Shown in pieces: positions 27,796 to 32,000 of a DNA stretch of 32,000 bases (the stretch's first letter is position 1; each line of letters opens with the position of its first letter). Source of the DNA: Candidatus Helarchaeota ASGARD archaeon Hel_GB_B (GTDB lineage: Archaea; Asgardarchaeota; Lokiarchaeia; Helarchaeales; HEL-GB-B); NCBI GenBank assembly GCA_005191425.1, contig SUPR01000030.1:1-32000 (forward strand), given 5' to 3'. The position numbers and the translations under genes are program-made. The notes below the pieces were generated by a model that was given only the letters and a program-made list of their open reading frames with translations, was not told where the DNA came from and did not search any database.

Positions 27796-28710
27796 TTGGA
27801 TAAAAAACAAGTATTGACTCAAATCTTGAATGAAGTTAAAAATTTAAATTTGAATAATTTAATGATAATTAGGACAAACGGGAATTTATTGGCTAACAAT
27901 TTTCCTGAGCGGGCTAAAATTTATATTAAAAATATTATAAATAAATATAAGAACATTCCCGTAAACAATTATGTAAGGGCGAATGTTGCCAATAATTTAA
28001 ATTTAATTCTCTACAAAATAAGTACCAATATTTTTCTCGTCTGTCTTACAGTTGAAGATGAAAATAAGGTTGTAAATATTTTTAAGACGATTTCTAAGAA
28101 ATTCAACTATATATTGTATGAATTATATAATGGTACACAAAATAAAAATAGGCCGCCAGTTTCTAAATTTATTAAATATATTATATTTTCACAAGCTGGC
28201 GATTTAGGACCTACACCTGTAGCTTGGGATCCTAGTAATATTGATGACCAAGAAAAATTTGAAATTTCTGCTAAATCCATACTTGTACTCAGTGCTGGTT
28301 TAGACCAAACCAATCGTACTTCTATGGACCACACTACTTCAATAATCCCATTTACCAACTTAAATTGTATTGGGCTTGTTTATACTTTTTCTATTCCATC
28401 TTATCAAGCTCGAGGAAATAGTCTTGATGCAGCGATTAGTGTTCTTGTCCACAAACAATTTAAAAAGTTGCTCTTAAATAAGCTTGAACAGATCGAGACT
28501 GAATTATATGAGATTACAAGACATATCATTTCTGGTGAAAATCCCTCAAAATTACTCATTATATTGAGACAAAGTATTGAACAAATTCTATCTAAAACTG
28601 ATAATCTTCAAACACATACTCAAACTTTAACTAATAATTTAAAACAAATTATGATGTCCGAAATCAAAAAAATTCAAGAGAAAAAGCCATATTCTACCCT
28701 TCTGTATTAA
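27796..28710 (+). CDS. Roadblock/longin-like N-domain fused to a uDENN-like domain
   Basis: N-domain LMIIRTNGNLLA...LILYKIS.NIFLVC; C-domain IIFSQAGDLGPTPV..P, IIPFTNLNCIGLVYTF, ARG...AAISVLV (uDENN/Npr2-like 'F....GP' pattern). TTG start. Confidence 0.6.
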   Translation: MDKKQVLTQILNEVKNLNLNNLMIIRTNGNLLANNFPERAKIYIKNIINKYKNIPVNNYVRANVANNLNLILYKISTNIFLVCLTVEDENKVVNIFKTISKKFNYILYELYNGTQNKNRPPVSKFIKYIIFSQAGDLGPTPVAWDPSNIDDQEKFEISAKSILVLSAGLDQTNRTSMDHTTSIIPFTNLNCIGLVYTFSIPSYQARGNSLDAAISVLVHKQFKKLLLNKLEQIETELYEITRHIISGENPSKLLIILRQSIEQILSKTDNLQTHTQTLTNNLKQIMMSEIKKIQEKKPYSTLLY

Positions 28711-28755
28711 ATTTTTTATTGAATAAATTAATTTTTTATCGTGATGTGATTTTTA

Positions 28756-29313
28756 ATGAATAATTTTATTTTTAAATGGCAGAACCGCCCGGTTAATGTT
28801 AAATTTCTAAAAGACCTACCTGAAATTTCTTTATTTCTATCTAAGTTTGGTCCTTTCAAAAAAGACGAAGATGCAAAAGTACCATACTGGATGGCAAAAA
28901 TATTATACCAAGAACATGTCATCCAGTTTATTGACCCAATTTATTATGATATAGATGAGTTGTTAAAACTTGAACGAATTGAACAAGAAGACACCAGAAT
29001 TCATAATATTGACAAAGAGTTTTATGTTAAAATAAAAGAAACTTTTTCACAATTACTTAATGAAATCAAAAATATGGACAAATTCTCGATTAATACTAAA
29101 TATATACAAAAACAAGAACGTATGGAGTCTCTCTTTATTGATATATTTTCTCGTAGACTTTACAAAATCCTTCGTATCGCCAGTAAAGGTGCTAACCAAT
29201 CACAATATCTCGACAACTTTACTGGTGAAGAATTACTTCTTTATAACCAGCTTCAAAAAATTATTAAAAGTTGGACTGAAGATTTTATAGAAATCAATAA
29301 AAAGAAATATTGA
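28756..29313 (+). CDS. gins23: GINS complex subunit, Gins23 (Psf2/Psf3-like) type
   Basis: N-terminal B-domain VNVKFLKDLPE..GPFKK....VPYWMAKIL, then helical A-domain RRLYKILRIA...FTGEELLLY. Confidence 0.82.
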   Translation: MNNFIFKWQNRPVNVKFLKDLPEISLFLSKFGPFKKDEDAKVPYWMAKILYQEHVIQFIDPIYYDIDELLKLERIEQEDTRIHNIDKEFYVKIKETFSQLLNEIKNMDKFSINTKYIQKQERMESLFIDIFSRRLYKILRIASKGANQSQYLDNFTGEELLLYNQLQKIIKSWTEDFIEINKKKY

Positions 29314-29412
29314 TTTATTATTATTGTTTTTATTCAGTTTCTTTAGTCGATTAAATTAAATTAAATTAATTTATTTAATCTTATTACATTAAACTATGAG
29401 GATATTTTGATA

Positions 29413-30198
29413 ATGAACGGAAAAATTGCACGGCTGAGAAGAATCAGCCGGAATAATAAGTATTTAATAATTCCAATGGACCATGGAGTAACCGTCGGGC
29501 CATTACCTGGTCTGATTGATATTGAAAAAACTATTGCTCAAGTTTCTGAATCTGCAACTGCTGTCCTCCTTCATAAAGGAGTAATTCGAGCATTAAAAGC
29601 TATTCCAGACATTGGTATCATTATGCATCTATCGGGCAGTACTGTCTTGAGTACCGAACCTAACTGGAAAGTCCAAGTGGGCTCTGTCGAAGAGGCTATT
29701 AGATTAGGCGTCGATGCAATTTCTATTCATATTAATTTAGGCAATGCACGTGAGTCCTATATGCTTCAACATATTGGAGAAATCTCTGAGAAATGCGATT
29801 TATGGCAAATACCACTTATAAGTATGATCTATCCACGTGGGGAAAATATTAAAGACCCTTATTCTCCTGAAATTCTGGCACACGTAGTCCGGTTAGGTGC
29901 TGAGCTGGGCTCTGATATAATCAAAACATATTATACCGGGGATCCAAATACTTTTGAAAAAGTCATTGAGGCGAGCTTTAAACCTGTTATAGTTGCTGGT
30001 GGCCCAAAAACAGAAACTGAACAAGAATTCTTGGAAATGATTAAAGGTGCTACTGATGCCGGTGTATCTGGTGTTGCTATCGGTAGAAATGTCTTTAGTA
30101 GCAATAATCCTGCAGCTATGGTCAAAGCAATATCTTCGATTCTTTATGATAATTTTTCTGTTAAGGAAGCACTTGAGTTTATTAAAAATCCTTCGTAA
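29413..30198 (+). CDS. aroA': 2-amino-3,7-dideoxy-D-threo-hept-6-ulosonate synthase (class I aldolase, MJ0400-like)
   Basis: PMDHGVTVGP, LHKG, VEEAIRLG.DA.S.H.N.G, YPRG, GSDIIKT (Schiff-base Lys), AGGPK, GRNVF; directly upstream of DHQ synthase II. The ORF track starts at 29407. Confidence 0.9.
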   Translation: MNGKIARLRRISRNNKYLIIPMDHGVTVGPLPGLIDIEKTIAQVSESATAVLLHKGVIRALKAIPDIGIIMHLSGSTVLSTEPNWKVQVGSVEEAIRLGVDAISIHINLGNARESYMLQHIGEISEKCDLWQIPLISMIYPRGENIKDPYSPEILAHVVRLGAELGSDIIKTYYTGDPNTFEKVIEASFKPVIVAGGPKTETEQEFLEMIKGATDAGVSGVAIGRNVFSSNNPAAMVKAISSILYDNFSVKEALEFIKNPS

Positions 30199-30221
30199 CA
30201 AAATATTGAAGTGGAGTTCTC

Positions 30222-31292
30222 ATGAAAAAAATCATTTTAAGATTAAAAGGTCCCTGGGAATTTGTGAAACAAATAGCCTCTGAAGCTATAATTAACGGAT
30301 TAAATCATTTTATTGCTGACTCTGAAATCATTCCTAAAATTAGAGAGTTTGGGAATTCTCATATTTATTCTTATTCAGACCAAAACGCACCTGATTTTAT
30401 CATTAAAAAGGTCAGTTCAAATGGTGCATTACCCGAAAATTTTTTACCGAATTTTGGACTTGAAATGGAGATTAAAAATAAAGATGATGAACTATACATT
30501 TATAAAATTGCTAGAAAATCTCCTGATTTTATTATCGTTCACGCACTTGATTGGATGGTAATACCACTTGAAAATCTTATTGCTAATTTACATAATTTTG
30601 ATATTAATTTATATGCAGAAGCTCATAGTATCGATGAAATTAAACTTGCATTTGAGATCCTTGAATTAGGGACTGATGGTGTTGTTTTTACCCCTGATAA
30701 TGTCAATGATATTTCTAAAATTAAAGACCTCATTAAGTCTAAAATATCATTACAGCTTTCTGTTGCTAAGGTCATAGAGAAAAAGGAAGTAGGGACTGGA
30801 GATCGAGTTTGTATTGATACCTGTTCTCTTCTGAAACCTGGAGAGGGTATGCTGATAGGGTCTCAGTCAAGAGGTATGTTTTTAATTCATGGCGAAACTA
30901 TTGAAACTGAATTTGTAGCATCGCGTCCATTTAGAGTTAATGCTGGTTCTGTATCTGCTTACATTCTTTTACCTAATGGTAAAACTCAATATCTATCTGA
31001 AATCGAAACCGGGTCTGAAGTCCTAATTGTTAACTCTGATGGGTCTTGTAGGACTGCTATTGTTGGTAGGTCTAAAATAGAAAGCCGTCCTATGATGTTA
31101 ATTAAAGCTCAGATTAATAATGACACTCTTAAAACAATTGTCCAAAATGCTGAAACTATTCGACTTGTTTCAAAAGATGGCACTCCTATTTCTATCTCTA
31201 AACTTCAACCTAATGATGAGATTCTTGTCTATTATACTGCAGGTGGAAGACATTTTGGAACCTTAATAAATGAAACCATTATTGAAAAATGA
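30222..31292 (+). CDS. aroB': 3-dehydroquinate synthase II (MJ1249-like)
   Basis: WMVIPLENLIA, LELGTDGV, GDRVCIDTCSLL.PGEG.LIGS, RPFRVNAG, YLSE...G, Q.AETIRL, GRHFG. Confidence 0.93.
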   Translation: MKKIILRLKGPWEFVKQIASEAIINGLNHFIADSEIIPKIREFGNSHIYSYSDQNAPDFIIKKVSSNGALPENFLPNFGLEMEIKNKDDELYIYKIARKSPDFIIVHALDWMVIPLENLIANLHNFDINLYAEAHSIDEIKLAFEILELGTDGVVFTPDNVNDISKIKDLIKSKISLQLSVAKVIEKKEVGTGDRVCIDTCSLLKPGEGMLIGSQSRGMFLIHGETIETEFVASRPFRVNAGSVSAYILLPNGKTQYLSEIETGSEVLIVNSDGSCRTAIVGRSKIESRPMMLIKAQINNDTLKTIVQNAETIRLVSKDGTPISISKLQPNDEILVYYTAGGRHFGTLINETIIEK

Positions 31293-31996
31293 TCGCAATG
31301 ATTTGTGTTTCAATTGCAAACAATAATGTCAAAGATATGATTGAAAATGCTAAAAAAGCGATCAAACTTGGTGCTAATTTTTTAGAGTTTCGGCTTGATT
31401 ACCTTCAAGATATTTCGCCTAATACACTGTCAGAACTTAAACCATTATCTCAGCAATCGATACCTATAGTTTTTACATGCCGTAAGGCTTCTGAAGGTGC
31501 TCATTTTAAAATAGATGAACCAACCAGACTTAAAATTATTGAAAATCTAGTGTCATTACACCCCGATTTTGTTGATTTAGAGATTAATATAAATAAAAAT
31601 AAACTCTCTCAATTAATTTCATTATTCCACAAGCACGACATTAAAATTATTCTTTCTTACCATAATTTCAAAAATACGCCACCCCTCAACAAATTAGACC
31701 CTATTATTAGTTCTATGTTTTCTTTAAAACCAGAAGTTATTAAAATTGTACTAATGGCTAACAACAAATTTGATAATCTTACCGCTTTTAATATATTAGA
31801 AAAATATTCCACTAATTACTATGAGATTATTTCATTTTGTATGGGCTCTAAAGGTACTATATCCCGGTTATTATGTCCTTTTCTGGGCTCAAAATTCACT
31901 TTTGCTTCTCTCGATAATCCAACTGCTCCTGGCCAAATCTCAATCTCCCAGATGAAAAAAATATATAAAATACTTATCCCTCTAATAACCACTTAA
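31289..31996 (+). CDS. aroD: Type I 3-dehydroquinate dehydratase
   Basis: EFRLDYL, FTCRKASEG, ILSYHNF, VIKIV, FCMGSKG.ISR, APGQ; ATGA overlap with the aroB' stop. Confidence 0.93.
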   Translation: MIAMICVSIANNNVKDMIENAKKAIKLGANFLEFRLDYLQDISPNTLSELKPLSQQSIPIVFTCRKASEGAHFKIDEPTRLKIIENLVSLHPDFVDLEININKNKLSQLISLFHKHDIKIILSYHNFKNTPPLNKLDPIISSMFSLKPEVIKIVLMANNKFDNLTAFNILEKYSTNYYEIISFCMGSKGTISRLLCPFLGSKFTFASLDNPTAPGQISISQMKKIYKILIPLITT

Positions 31997-32000
31997 AATT

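Noticed and set aside
1-32000. tRNA genes, 16S/23S rRNA, selenoprotein UGA read-through
   Set aside because: No T-loop/acceptor-stem patterns, large rRNA signatures or UGA-interrupted known families were noticed by eye; tRNAscan-SE would confirm.

Overview
This is a very AT-rich archaeal chromosomal segment. It is almost certainly from an Asgard archaeon (probably Lokiarchaeia/Helarchaeales-like), judged from an ESCRT-II Vps22/36-like protein, longin, roadblock and uDENN-like proteins, LRR and SBBP-repeat proteins, and archaeal mcm, gins23, coaD, aspS and aroA'/aroB'/aroD. Main discovery: a circularly permuted 5S rRNA gene (minus strand, 17173-17296). The 3' half of 5S is transcribed before the 5' half, and the native ends are joined by a 6-nt loop. 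The gene sits in a long flanking stem with a canonical bulge-helix-bulge (BHB) motif, plus a second relaxed BHB whose predicted cuts fall exactly on the junction that rebuilds a canonical 118-nt 5S. Second highlight: a candidate replication origin at about 12.0-12.9 kb. It has an inverted ORB pair with inward G-strings, a second iteron-like repeat family and a sharp strand-skew switch. No orc1/cdc6 lies next to it; the neighbouring gene is a DUF6788-like Zn-finger gene. The MCM carries two inteins with degenerate homing endonucleases. All calls come from reading the sequence and recalling motifs; no searches or folding programs were run.
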